Shown here piece after piece: positions 37,958 through 50,629 of a stretch of DNA of 64,000 nt (the stretch's first letter is position 1; each line of letters begins with the position of its first letter). The position numbers were made by a program, and so were the translations under genes. Below the pieces are notes generated by a model, which saw only the letters and a program-made list of their open reading frames with translations, had not been told where the DNA came from and did no database searches. The stretch is taken from NCBI GenBank assembly GCA_951406725.2, contig OX597840.1, positions 14,756,001 through 14,820,000 of the forward strand, read 5' to 3'. Source of the DNA: Octopus vulgaris (taxonomy: Eukaryota).

Positions 37958-38772
37958 TTCTTTTATTCATTTACTTGTTTTTCAGTCATTTGACTGCAGC
38001 CATGCTGGAGCACTAACTTAAAGGGTTTTTTATTCTAAGAAATCAACCCCAGCAACTTATTCTTTCTAAGCCTAGTACTTATTCTATCAGTCTCTTTCAC
38101 TGAACTGCTAAGTTACAGGGACATAAAAATGCCGTCAACAGTTGTCAAGCGATAGTGGGGGCACAAAGAGACATAAAGGCACATACATATATATATATAT
38201 ATATATATGTCATCATCATTGTCTGTTGTCCATGCTGGCATGGGTTGAATGCTTTGACCAGGGCTGGTAAGCTGAGGGGCTGCACCAGATTCCAGTCTAA
38301 TTTGGCATGGTTTCTACAGCTGGATGCCTTTCCAAATGCCAACCACTCCACAGAGTGTACCAAGTGCTTTTACATGCCACTGGCACGAGTGCCAGCTACA
38401 TGACACCAGTATCTGCCACGACTATGATTTCACTCAGCTAAATGAATCTTCCTTCTCAAACACAATATATTGTCAAATGTCTCAGTCATATATACAACAG
38501 GCTTCTTTCAGTTTCCATCTGCCAAATCCACTCACAAAGTTTTGGTCGGCCTGAGGCTATAGTAGAAGACACTTGCCCAAGGTATCATGCAGTGGGACTG
38601 AACTTGAAACCATGTGGTTGGGAAGCAAGCTACTTACTGCACAGTGTTTGACAGACTTCTTTCAGTTTCTGTCAATCAAATCCACTCATAAGCGTTAGGT
38701 TAGCCTGAGGCTATGGTAGAAGACACTTGCCCAAAGTGCCATGTAGTGGGACTGAACCTAGAACCATGTGAT
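37958..38772 (-). mobile_element. SINE family A with a nested family D copy (38210-38490) and a duplicated 5' half
   Basis: A tail 37958-38185; D fragment; A 5' halves at 38497-38645 and 38650-38772. Confidence 0.8.
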
Positions 38773-38967
38773 GATGTGCAATAAATTATGAATCAGAAAA
38801 ACTGAAATAAATTTAGATATTAGAAGGAATAGAGAATAGCTGTGAAAGAATTAGGAATATAAGCATATTCCTTTTACGGTGTTTACATGTAAAGAAAAGG
38901 TGGAGGGGAGTTAGTGTCTGTCTGTCAGTCCACTTACCTGTCTGTCTATCTGTCTGTGTGTCTCAAT

Positions 38968-39183
38968 CTTTTCTACTCTAGGCACAGGGCCCGAAATTTT
39001 TGGGGAGGCAGGGACCATTCGATTTGATTGACTCCAGTATGCAACTGGTACTTAATTTATCAACCCCAAAAGGATGAAAGGCAAAGTCGACCTTGGTGCA
39101 ATTTGAACTCAGGACATAAAGACAGACGAAATACCGCTAAGCATTTTACTCGGCATGCTAATGATTCTGCCTGCTTGCCGCCT
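38968..39183 (-). mobile_element. SINE family B
   Basis: Reverse consensus match. Confidence 0.85.
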
Positions 39184-39605
39184 TTGTATGTGTCTCATAA
39201 TATGATGGTGATGATAAGGAGAAAGAGAAAAAGGAAGCAGGAGATAATTATGATGTTGGTGGTGGTGGTGGTGCTGGTATTGGTGCTGGTGGTTGTTTTG
39301 TTGATGATGGTGGTGATGGCCAGGGCAGGGTAGTGGCAGTGGTTCTGAAAACAATTAACATTTGATTCAGTCTCATTTCCTTTTTGCTCTCCAATTTCTT
39401 TTATCAATATTTTTATTTTTTTATTTTCTTCCATTTTCCTTCTCAGATCACATGCACATTCCCCTCACACCCACACCATTATATACAGATATAAGTGTAT
39501 GTATATGTGTATATATGTGTGTGTGTGTTGATGTATCTATCTTTGTATTATGTGTCTATCTATCTATATCTATCTATGTGTATATATGTGTGTGTGTGTG
39601 TATAT

Positions 39606-39832
39606 CGGCGAGCTGGCAGAAACGTTAGCACGCTGGGCGAAATGCGTAGCCGTATTTCGTCTGTCGTTACGTTCTGAGTTCAAATTCCGCCGAGGTCGAC
39701 TTTGCCTTTCATCCTTCCGGGGTCGATGAATTAAGTACCAGTTACGCACTGGGGTTGATGTAATCGACTTAATCCCTTTGTCTGTCCTTGTTTGTCCCCT
39801 CTGTGTTTAGCCCCTTGTGGGTAGTAAAGAAA
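39606..39832 (+). mobile_element. SINE family B, young (CpG-rich) copy
   Basis: cggcgagctggcagaaacgttagcacgctgggcgaaatgcgtagccg...gagttcaaattccgccgaggtcgactttgcc. Confidence 0.9.
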
Positions 39833-40274
39833 TATATATATATATATAGAAACACACGTATATACATACATATATATATATGTATGTATATGTATATATG
39901 TGTATATATATGTACGTATGTGTGTGTATATTTATATATATGTGTGTGTGTGTGTGTATATATATGTATACATGTGTATACACACCTGCATATATATACA
40001 TTTACATACATACATATATACAAACATAAGCATTAGTAAAAATGGAAAATGAAATTTGTTCTGGCCATTTCACTGATTGGGATGTTTGCAATAATTAGAA
40101 AAGTCTTCTTAGAGTGCAGCAGATGCTGAAAGACAATTTTCATTTTAATTACAGGTACTATCCAGGTGATGTTGGTGTCATAGAAATTGGATTAATTTTC
40201 TATTGAGTATTTCTGGTGAAGACATATTTGTGAATATCGCCGTGTGCTTGTGTATATATGTAGATATATATATC

Positions 40275-40481
40275 TCTTTCTCTTTTACTTGTTTCAGTCA
40301 TTTGACTGCGGCCATGCTGGAGCACCGCCTTTAATCGAGCAACTCAACCCCGGGATTTATTCTTTTGTAAGCCCAGTACTTATTCTATCGGTCTCTTTTG
40401 CCGAACCGCTAAGTTACGGGGACATAAACACACCAGCATCGGTTGTCAAGCAATGCTAGTGGGACAAACACAGACACACAA

Positions 40482-40531
<50 letters not shown>

Positions 40532-41140
40532 GACAGGCTTTTTTCAGTTACCATCTACCAAATCCACTCGCAAGGCTTTGGTCAGCCTGAGGCTATAGTA
40601 GAAGACACTTGCCCAAGGTGCCACGCAGTGGGACTGAACCCGGAACCATGTGGTTGGTAAACAAGCTACTTACCACACAGCCACTCCTGTGCCTATGCGT
40701 AGTTATACTTAAAAATATAGGTAAATATAAGTGAATATGTGTGTATATATATCTACACACATATATGTATAGATATACATATAATTTTTTTCCTTTTACA
40801 TTTTACTTGTTTCAATCATTGGACTGTGGCCATGCTGGGGCACCATCTTGAAGAATTTTTAGTCAAATGAATTGACTTTAGCACTTATTTTATTGGTGTC
40901 TCTTCCTGAACAGCTAAGTTACAGGGACATAAACAAACCAACACTGGTTGTCAAGCAGTGGTGCTGGGGAACAGAGACACAAACACACACACACATAAGT
41001 ATACGAGGAGTTTCTTGCAGTTTCTGTTTACGAAATCCACTCACAGAGCTTTGGTTGGCCTGAGGCTATAGTAAGACACTTGCCAGAGGTGTCACACAGT
41101 GGGATTGAACTTTGAACCATGTGATTGGGAAGCAGGCTTA
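40275..41140 (-). mobile_element. Two SINE family A copies (40275-40696 young; 40790-41140 older)
   Basis: Reverse matches. Confidence 0.85.
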
Positions 41141-41203
41141 TTGTGTATGTAAGGTTATTGTATATGTAATATATATATATATATATATACATACATATAT
41201 ATA

Positions 41204-41466
41204 TACATACATATAAGAGGGATGACCACTAAGTGGACATCCAATATGCTAGATGTAGACCCCATATGATCTGACCTCTAAGAAAAGATTATTCTCAAGA
41301 AAATTCAGCAAAACACCAGAATGTAAGCAAGCAAGACAAATGAAAAGATAAAAAATATAGTGATTAGTCACATACCAGGTTTCATTTTTTAGTGGTTAGA
41401 CCATATGGGGTCTACCTCTAGTATATTGGATGTCCACTTAGTGGCCATCCCTCTTATATGTATGTA
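41204..41466. mobile_element. Foldback/MITE-like element with ~75-bp inverted arms
   Basis: tacatataagagggatgaccactaagtggacatccaatatgctaga..tagaccccatatg / catatggggtctacctctagtatattggatgtccacttagtggccatccctcttatatgta; second copy at 43456-43642. Confidence 0.8.
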
Positions 41467-41562
41467 ATATGATTTTTCTGAATCTTCAGATTTTTTCAAT
41501 ATGCTAGGCCACTTGTTTAAATTGATATTTATCAAATTGATATTCAATTTTTTTACCTTTGT

Positions 41563-41602
<40 letters not shown>

Positions 41603-41810
41603 GTTAGACCATAGAGAGAGGTTATGAGAGGTAATGGTGTCAAGGAGACCCAAAGGTGTCAGGTAATGCTAAGTGCTATGGACATGTTCAGTGATTATGC
41701 AAATGAGGAGTCCAACATAGGTCATATACCAGCATGTGCATATATATAAAATTTAACAGAATGAGATTAAAAAATTAACAACAGCCTTGGATTTTTATTT
41801 CATTCTGTTA

Positions 41811-41844
<34 letters not shown>

Positions 41845-42093
41845 AAATAAGGATTTAGATAGAATCAGGTACTTGAAAAGGTATGCACCAGGTAGGGTTG
41901 GATAAACCTGCAGTGCTAGCCTATGATTGTTAAGTATCAAATATGATATTCTGGTTGTGTACTCAGAGAAAACCAACCCTATCAGTATTTAGCACCTAGG
42001 GGCTGATCCAAAGCATGCGTTACATTGAATTGTACATTGTATACTTTAGGATGTCTGACAAGTCATAAATCCTTTTGGTGTATTATATAATGA

Positions 42094-42185
42094 GATGGAT
42101 AAGTGTCAGCTCATTACAGCTGTTTCTAATACATTTAATAAAAAATGCGTAAAAAACAGCTGTAATGAGCTGACTATTATCCATC
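42094..42185. repeat. Inverted repeat built from a hammerhead-like 3' half (GAAAC-agct-GTA)
   Basis: gatggataagtgtcagctcattacagctgtttc ... aaacagctgtaatgagctgactattatccatc. Confidence 0.7.
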
Positions 42186-42727
42186 ATCTGTTATTATTCA
42201 TTTGAGTATATAATATGATTGATTGCTAAATCTACAAGTTTTTTTTTATTCTCTCTTTATTTCCTTGTGTTCCTTTTTCTTGAAGAGTGTAAGTTCTAAA
42301 TGTAAAAGACTTTCTCACCTTCCCAAGCATCAAACTAATACACATGCTTGTTATTGATACACCTGTCTTTGTCTTTTGGTTTTTTGTAAATTTCAATGAT
42401 ACACACACACATACACACAGCAACAAAATACTCAGAAGCAAATATTTATAAGACATTAATATTGCTTTTATTATCGAAGGCAATATAAATTGTTGATAAT
42501 AACAGAGACATTAATATAGGCGGTTGCAGGCCTAGGAAATAGCCTTATATAGCTAAAGAATTAAAATTATATTAATCATAAGGACAAATTAAAGTGTCTA
42601 CCTGCTAGAAATAAGAGTCAAAACCCTTATTTGGACCATCAGAGATACATGCTTCATTTTCATCTCAAGTCATAATGAAAGTAATTTTACATTAAACTCA
42701 ATACTTTTTGTAGGGTACATATTTATT

Positions 42728-42858
42728 ATTCTTTGAAGACAATAATATTGACAGTGACTTTGAAGTTTTGGTCTGCTTAACATTCATCAGCCAGTCTGAT
42801 GAAGGTTAAGTAGGCTGAAACTTCAAAGTCACTATCAACACTGTTATTGTTAAAGAAT
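42728..42858. ncRNA. Head-to-head inverted pair of minimal hammerhead motifs (- 42752-42790; + 42792-42834)
   Basis: Plus: cagt-CTGATGA-a ggtt aagta ggct-GAAAC ttcaaa GTC-act; minus: CTGATGA-a tgtt aagca gacc-aaaac ttcaaa GTC-actg. Confidence 0.75.
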
Positions 42859-43199
42859 CACACACACACACACACATATGTACATATTGTGTCATGTTCC
42901 TCTTTGTCTCTTCCCTACTGCCTTCCTCCCTCTCTCACCAACCTACCCCTCTGTTGCTTTCTGTCACTCTGCCCTCCACCATTTTTTCTTTACACTCCCT
43001 CTCCCATGTAGCCTCTGACCATTTGCATGCCTCCCTCCTACTTTGTTTTTCACCTGACTATCAACTCGTTAAGTCACACATCTCTCTCTTCCTCCTCTAC
43101 TTTCATTATGGTTTGTTCCTTTCGATGCTTGTTGTTTTTCTTTTTTGTTCTGTTCTTTCAGCTGTCCACCTTCCAGCCCTTTAGGACATTCTCCATTAT

Positions 43200-44520
43200 G
43201 TTACCATACATATGTTATTATCCTAGGGATCTGTGGAACCTTTTGACAATGTATAGCAGGGAGGAATGTTCCAAAAAGTACCCAGCTGTGTTAAACAGTT
43301 TGGTAGATTTTTTGTACACCATCAAACCATTCCTAACAGGAAGAAGTCAGTGAGTTGCTGCCAATGGCCACTCATCTGACATTTATACAATTAATGTAGG
43401 CATATCCCAAGAATCTGTTCTGGGATTTATGTGACTAAATAATAAAACCTTTTATTGGACATCCAATATGCTGGATGAGACCCCATATGGTCTGACCACT
43501 AAGAAAAGATTGTTCTCAAGAAAATTCAGCAAAACACCAGCAAGACAAATGAAAAGACACAAAATGTAATGACTGGTCTCATACCAGATTTCATTTCTTA
43601 GTGGTCAGACTATATGGGGTCTACGTTTAGCATATTGGATGTTCTACCTTCATTTCTTAGAGTCTCATTTCTAAGAACATCACAGCTTCTGAACTTTCTT
43701 TGACTTTCTCCTTTAGGATTTAAACCAGGCTTGTCCAACTCATATTGACCAGATCTGGCAACTAATACCTACCTTACGATGTCATTGTAAAACTAAGAAA
43801 GTACATCATCAAATCTCAAAGCTACCAGATAATACATGATTAATGTTAAAAGATGTGAATGAATAAGTATTACATTTTACAAAGTAGTCTGAATGCTAAA
43901 GGATTAATTGGCAATCTACAATGAAGAAACAAATATCTTTTTGCATTTAATTCTTCTAAAACTACCATCATGAAATATCTAAACTCTCTCCCATTTTGAT
44001 AAAGTCTCCTTACTTAGACATTTCAGTCTTAAATTTCCTTCTGATTCAAGATGGGAATCCTACAGTATTTGTGTTACCTGGATGGCGACATATGAAATAT
44101 AAGGGTCCTGCTGTTTCTCACACCTGAGGTTCTGGTGTGTCTCTCCAAGAGCCACACACACAAACAAGATAGAAGACTGCTTAAACATTTGGCTTGTTTC
44201 TCCTTTCAATGTTTACTCTTCACTTTTGACTGAATACAGAATCACATTGCAATCCACGTCAAATTCTTGTTATCCCTCCATGAACTTCATTATTAGCAGA
44301 ATAATGTTGCCATTCTGACTCTTTTTTTTACTGTTATTTCTTTGAACAAAGAGTAAAACTGTTTCAATCTAACAACAGATACTGGATGGTGAGCACATCT
44401 TAAAATTCCATCATACTGATGACAAAATATACCATTTCTCTCCCATTATGGAATTATAATACTTTTGTCAAGGAATGCTTTCATGGGATTAGTAACGACT
44501 GAACAATTTAATGTTGTAGT
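43200..44520 (+). pseudogene. Highly decayed CR1/Jockey-group LINE RT relic, interrupted by other repeats
   Basis: FLTGRSQ*VAANGHSSDIYTINVGISQESVLG at about 43330-43425 (compare GVPQGSVLGP); later FNSSKT, HIW-like and LWN remnants. Confidence 0.55.
43456..43642. mobile_element. Second copy of the 41204-41466 foldback element (trimmed arms)
   Basis: Same interior taagaaaagattgttctcaagaaaattcagcaaaacaccag and same arms. Confidence 0.8.
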
Positions 44521-44561
44521 GCACCTGAGACCTCTACACAATAAGCTTAATATAATCAAAA

Positions 44562-45018
44562 GGGCAGCGAGCTGATGGAATCGTTAGCATGCCAGATGAA
44601 AATGCTTAGCTATATTTTGTATCGTTACGTTCTGAGTTCAAATTCCACCAAGGTCAACTTTGCCTTTTGAAAGGATGAAAGGCAATTAAATAAGAACCAG
44701 TTACACACTGGGGTCGATGTAATTGACTTAATCCCCTTGTTTGTCCTCTCTATGTTTAGCCCCCTGTGGGCAATAAAGAAATAAATAATATAATAATAAT
44801 AATAATAATAATAATGATAAGGTGAGCTGGCAGAATCTTTAGCAAGTCAGGCAAAATGCTTAGTAACATTGTGCCCATCTTTATGTTCTGATTTCAAATT
44901 CTACTGAGATCAAATTTGCCTCTCATTCTTTTGGGGGTAGATGTAATCAAACACTGGGATCGATGTAATTGACCATCCCCCTCTGCCAACCTTTGGCCTT
45001 GTGCCAAAAGTTGAAACT
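44562..45018 (+). mobile_element. Two SINE family B copies separated by (AAT)n
   Basis: 44562-44782 and 44820-45018. Confidence 0.8.
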
Positions 45019-45039
45019 GCTATTATTATTATTATTATT

Positions 45040-45462
45040 CAGTAGTTTTATTTTTATAGCGTGCTTTCACTTCACTACTGAGCGCAGCTGTGTGCCTTGG
45101 GTATGTGCTATGGTTTGTTGTGATGCTCTGATGGTTATTGTTTGGAAAGTGTTCTGCGTAGGATGTGTGCAGTGCCTAGTAGTGCAATTTTCTGTATGTT
45201 ATATGTGTTTGTAAGTCCTGGTGTTTTTGTTATGTATTTGTATGAATATTTTTTTATCATGCCCAATGCACCTACTATGATAGGAATTGTTTCTGTTTTC
45301 AGATTCCACATTCTGGTTACCTCTATTTCCAGGTCTTTGTATTTTGAAAGTTTCTCCATTTCTTTTAGAGACACGTTGTCATCTGCCGGTATTGATACAT
45401 CAATTAGAAAGCATTTTTTTTCTTCATGATCTCTGACAACTATATCTGGTCTGTTGGCCTTT
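45040..45462 (-). mobile_element. 5'-truncated R4/Dong-like non-LTR retrotransposon (restriction-like endonuclease end and 3'UTR)
   Basis: IKANRPDIVVRDHEEKKCFLIDVSIPADDNVSLKEMEKLSKYKDL...IPIIVGALG...IQKIALLGTAHILRRTL (PD..D..EK..KY); (TAA)n on both sides. Confidence 0.85.
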
Positions 45463-45654
45463 ATTATTATTGTTATTATTATTATTATTATTATTTGAGG
45501 TGAACTCTCAGTTTATTTTGCTGGGTATGATGGAAAGTGTCAGCTGTTCACAGCCAGCTGACTAAGGTGACGCTTGTTTATTGGTGATGCTTCAAGAATC
45601 CTATAAAGAATTCTTGCATTTGAAGCAATGCTGATTTTGTAGGTGTTCTACCTT

Positions 45655-45830
45655 CACACTTGCACCAATGTGGCAAGAATGATCCATTGGGAGCTCTGTG
45701 GAAACCGCAACCTACAAAGGAAAAAGACATGGTATGAGCAAACTCCAGAAGTAGTCACTGAGAATGAGAATTGCAAAATCTTGTGGAGTGCAATGATCCA
45801 GTGCAATCACCAGACATCAGAAACTGGACA
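45655..45830 (+). pseudogene. R4-clade RLE retroelement fragment
   Basis: NVARMIHWELC......KTWYEQTPEVVTENENCKILWSAMIQCNH. Confidence 0.75.
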
Positions 45831-45834
45831 TTAT

Positions 45835-46166
45835 TCATCATCATCATCCTCATTTAACGTCTGCTGTCCATGCTGGCGTGGGCTGGACAGTTTGACCAGG
45901 GCTATCAAGCTGGAAGGCTGCACCAGAGTCCAGTCTGATTTGGTATGGTTTCTATGGCTGGATGCCCTTCCTAACGTCAACCACTCCAAGAGTGTAATGG
46001 ATGCTTTTATTTGCACCAGCAAGGGTACCATTTGCGTGACACTGATATCTGTCACAACTGCAATTTTACTGATACTGGTGTCACACAAATTGCACCCATG
46101 CTGGTGGCACGTAAAAGCATCCACTACACTCTTGGAGTGGTTGGCGTTAGGAAGGGCATCCAGTCA
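45835..46166. mobile_element. SINE family D with a head-to-head inverted duplication
   Basis: Arms 45955-46052 and 46067-46166 (ggatgcccttcctaacgtcaaccactccaagagtgt / acactcttggagtggttggcgttaggaagggcatcc). Confidence 0.8.
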
Positions 46167-46179
46167 TTATTATTATTAT

Positions 46180-46615
46180 TCTTTTCTACTCTAGGCACAA
46201 GGCCTGAAACTTTTTAGGAGGAGGACAGTCAATGAGATCGACCCCAGTATGCAACTGGTACTTAATTTATCAACCCCGGAAGGATGAATGGGAAAATCAA
46301 CCTCGGCAGAATTTGAACTCAGACGAAATACCGCTGAGCATTTTGCCTGGCATGCTAACGTTTCTGCCAGCTTGCTTTATTATTATTATTATTATTACTA
46401 CTACTACCACTACTACTACTACTGCCACCACCACCACCAAGGTGACAGGCTGGCAGAATTGTTAGCACACCAGACAAACTTCTTAGCACATTCTGAGTTC
46501 AAATGCCACCAAGGTCGACTTTACCTTTCATCATTTTGGGGTCAATAAAATAAGTAGCAGTTGAAAACTAAGGTCCCCAAAATTGCTGCCCTTGTGGCAA
46601 AATTTGAAACCATTG
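46180..46615. mobile_element. Two SINE family B copies (- 46180-46375; + 46440-46615)
   Basis: Consensus matches. Confidence 0.8.
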
Positions 46616-46689
46616 TTATTATTATCATCATTAAGGTGGCTGACAAAATCAGTGACATGCTGGCAAAATGCTTAACCACATTATTTACT

Positions 46690-47720
46690 GGTCACACTTC
46701 AAGAACCCTGCGAAGAACTCTTGCAGTTCCAAGCTATGATGACTTTTGTAGATGTTCTCTCTTTACATTTGCACCAATCTTTTTGAGCCATGTTTGTGCT
46801 GAGTGCTGATGCTTCCAAGCAAGCTAATTACTAATGGTATCATGTCAACTTCCCTCATTGACCTCAACCTGTGTATTTCCCACTTCAAATCATCACAGTT
46901 GTTCAGTTTTCCTTTTTCTTTCTCTTTGATTTCTGTTGTCACTGGGATATGCTAAGTCAGTTATCATGCAAGTTCTTTCTTTTTTGTCCACCACAACAAT
47001 GTCAGACTTCCAAAGTCTTATCTGATGGTCTCACACTGAATTATTGCATCCTACAGGATTTTGCAGTCTTCATTCTCCCTTCTGGGATTTGGTCATACCA
47101 TGTTTTTGCTCTTTCTACAGAGCTCCTAATGATTCATTCTTGTCACATTGTCATGTCATCTTTTGTATTCATGTTGTGCCAATTTCGGACATTCACTAAC
47201 AATGTCCCAAACCATTTCATCCCTCTCACCACACATTCTACATTTGTCACTCGCAGTTATGTTGTCAATCCTGCATTTCATATAGTTCTTCTTTGGCGCT
47301 TGTTCTTGTGCTGCACATAAAAGTGCTTCTGTTCCTACAGTCAGGTCATTCCTCCACATCCATAACCTTTGGTCTTCTCTATTTCTCTTGGCAATCGTAT
47401 CTCTTCCAAACTGACTGCACACTTTTTTCTTTCTCTGTTATTTCTCTTTCTGTTTTTTTTTTCCCTCTTTTGAGATTTTCTTTCTTTACACAATTATCAA
47501 TTTTCATGATGACGGACTTCTTCACATATTTCAGCAAAAGTTCCAGAACATTTTTTGCATACTACTCAATGTTGTTTTTCCCTGCTTCAACACACTCCTG
47601 ATAACTGATCAAACATTTCCCATTCTTTCTTCTGGACAAGTACAACCTGTTAATGTCACACTTGGAATAGAATACTCCATGTACAGTCAATATTTTCCAT
47701 GTCTTCATATCCTTACTCAC
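46690..47720 (-). pseudogene. R4/Dong-clade retrotransposon relic (post-RT region, CCHC knuckle, RLE)
   Basis: WMW..DLTVGTEALLCAAQEQA....YMKCRID.....KCRMCGERDEMVWDIVSECPKLAQHEYKR; then CKIL*D..IQC..DIVVVDKK; decayed. Confidence 0.8.
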
Positions 47721-47728
47721 CAGATTAC

Positions 47729-47759
<31 letters not shown>

Positions 47760-47779
47760 TTAATTTTTATTATTATTAA

Positions 47780-48490
47780 TCAGTAATCTTATTTTTATCA
47801 GTCCTATTTTTATATCATTTTTATCACTGTACTACAGAGTGCAGCTCTTGTGTGCCTTTGGTATGTACTGTAGTTTGTTGTGATGCTTTTATTTTCATTG
47901 TATTGAAAGTGTTTTTCATCGGATGTGTGCAGTGCCTAGTAGTGCTATTTTCTGTATGTTATATATACTTGTAGTGGAGGTGCAATGGCCCAGTGGTTAG
48001 AGCAGCAGACTCGCGGTCGGACGATCGTGGTTTTGATTCCCAGACCAGGCGTTGTGTGTGTTTATTGATCGAAAACACTGAAGTTCCACAAGGCTCTGGC
48101 AGGGGGTAGTGGTGATCCCTGTTGTACTCTTTCGACCCAACTTTCTCTCACTCTTTCTTCCTGTTTCTTGAGTAACAGGATGGACTGGCATCCCATCCAG
48201 CTGGGGGGAACACATACGCCATAGAAACTGGGCCCATGAGCCTGGCTAGGCTTGAAAAGGGCGCATAAAAAAATATATATACTTGTTAGTCCTGGTGTTT
48301 TTGCTATGTATTTGTCTGAATATTTTTTTATCATACCTAATGCACCTACTTTAATAGGAACTGTTTCTGTTTTTAGACTTTACATTCAAGTTACCTCTAT
48401 TTCCAGATCTTTGTATTTTGAAAGTTTCTCCATTTTTTTTCAAGAAACATTGTCATCTCTTGGTATTGATGCATTGATTAGAATGCATTT
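47780..48490 (-). mobile_element. Second copy of the R4/Dong-like 3' fragment, interrupted by a family C SINE
   Basis: Homologous to 45040-45420; flanked by (TTA)n. Confidence 0.85.
47976..48273 (+). mobile_element. SINE family C with V-domain-like tail
   Basis: ggaggtgcaatggcccagtggttagagcagcagactcgcgg...gatggactggcatcccatccag...atgagcctggctaggctt; TSD atatatacttgt at 47961-47972 and 48275-48286. Confidence 0.85.
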
Positions 48491-49419
48491 AGCAAAATTC
48501 TTTTTTATCATTATTATTACTCTAGTCTTCTATAATTAAACCTCTTCACAAATATTTAACATTTGCCCCAATAACAAACTAATTAGTCAGTTTAATTTAA
48601 ATGTCATGAACACAGAGTCAATAAAATAAAGGACCAGACAAGTACTGGCTGTGGTGAGGGTTGATGTACCTGACTAATGCCCCGCCCCCTCCCACCACCA
48701 CCTTCCTTCACAGTTGCTTGATTTGTACCTCCATTTCTTCATTTTACTCTTCCCTCAACTGCAATTTTATTTCTTCTTCATTTTGTCTTCTTCCTTTTCT
48801 CTTTCCCTCTTACTCCACCTTTGCCACCATCGCCATCATCATGATCATCACCATCACCTTCATCATCACCACCACCTCCACTATCACCCTCATCACTGTC
48901 ACCGCCACCCACATAACACAACCACCACCATTACCAGCACTATCGTCATCATCATCATCATCATCACCGCTGCCACCACCACAATCACCACCACACAGCC
49001 AACACCATCACGACGACTGCCACCACCACCAATATCACACTTACCTTTAAGCTACAATATGAAGAAACATCAAACCTCCTTGAATTTCATTGGTTATCTT
49101 TTGATTGAAGACATTTCATTAACCATTGGCAACTCACCTGTAAACTGACTCTCAGTGAGGATGTAGCTCACATCTTTAACATCATCATTATCCTAGACCA
49201 CATCATCATCCTCACCATTGACATCATCATCATCATGAGTAGAAGCGGCAGCAACGTTTACAGTTTTAACTCTTCCACCTAAACTAAATGCAAACACTTT
49301 GCCTTTGTTGTTGGTCTTGTTGTTGTTGCCCTCCATTCTTCTTCTTCTTCCCCCTCCTGCAGCTGCTGCTGCTGTTGCTGCTACTGATGCTGGTGTTGCT
49401 GCTATTGCTACTGCTGCTG

Positions 49420-49455
<36 letters not shown>

Positions 49456-49690
49456 GAAGGAAATTCTAATTCCAAGATGGTGGGTTAAATGCTCCATCAA
49501 AAGAGAGATGAGGGTGTTGAATTATTCTCAAGAGGTGGGAAGCAATGATGCTGAGCCAGCTTGGGAGCAAAGGTGAAATGTAAAAAGATTGGGCCTCAAC
49601 ATAAACCAACAAATTAGCTTCCTCAGGGGCCATTCAAATGTACATATCCCCCACCTTGCCCCACCGCACCAAACACCTCTTTTGTTTCTC

Positions 49691-49728
49691 TGTTTCTGAT
49701 GAAGGATTTATGTCCGAAATGTTAAAGA
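49691..49728 (+). ncRNA. Minimal hammerhead ribozyme motif
   Basis: ttt-CTGATGA-a gga tttatg tcc-GAAAT GTT-aaa (CpG-decayed GAAACGTT). Confidence 0.6.
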
Positions 49729-49974
49729 TTTGTCTACTTTCCTGTAGACTAACTTTTAATTTGCACTCTCTCTCTCTCACATACACTCATACATGGATAC
49801 ATACATACATACTTATAGTGATTTTCATGTCTGAAGGAAAATTGGTAGAATGAAAGAGGGAATAATTAATGAAGATATTTTAGAAATAATTAAATTAGAC
49901 ACCCAACTTGGTCTTTTGTTTTTTTGTAAATTCTCGCTATGTGTGTGTGTGTGTGTGAGTATATATTCTCTTTT

Positions 49975-50378
49975 TTTACTCTTTTTTTTCTTTTTACTTG
50001 TTACAGTCATTTGACTGTGGCCATGCTGGAGCACCGCCTTTAATCGAGCAACTCAACCCCGGGACTTATTCTTTGTAAGCCCAGTACTTATTCTATCGGT
50101 CTCTTTTGCTGAACCGCTAAGTGGCAGGGACATAAACACACCAGCATTGCTAGGGGGACAAACACAGACACACAAACATACACGCACACATATATATATA
50201 TATACATATATACGACCGGCTTCTTTCAGTTTCCGTCTACGAAATCCACTCACAAGGCTTTGGTCGGCCCGTGGCTATAGTAGAAGACACTTGCCCAAGG
50301 TGCCACGCAGTGGGACTGAACCCGGAACCATGTAGTTCGTAAGCAAGCTACTTACCACACAGCCACTCCTGCACCTAT
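49975..50378 (-). mobile_element. SINE family A, young copy
   Basis: Full reverse match, CpGs retained. Confidence 0.9.
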
Positions 50379-50386
50379 ATACATAT

Positions 50387-50427
<41 letters not shown>

Positions 50428-50584
50428 CATAAATTATTAGAGAGTTACCACTATGTGGATAGCTCTAGTGCTAAAAATAGCTCCGATAGTATAGCCACAA
50501 AAAGGATGTTTCCAACTAGAAATAACATTACATTTTGGTATTATTAAATTTAATATCAATTTTTCACCCTCATTTATAAATTTA

Positions 50585-50628
<44 letters not shown>

Positions 50629-50629
50629 A

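Noticed and set aside
42270-42310. Very decayed hammerhead-like ttgaagagtgtaagttctaaatgtaaaag
   Set aside because: Too many core substitutions to call without a family consensus
43820-43908. piggyBac-like end ...ctgaatgctaaaggattaa
   Set aside because: Only one degenerate end seen and no matching TIR/TTAA partner identified
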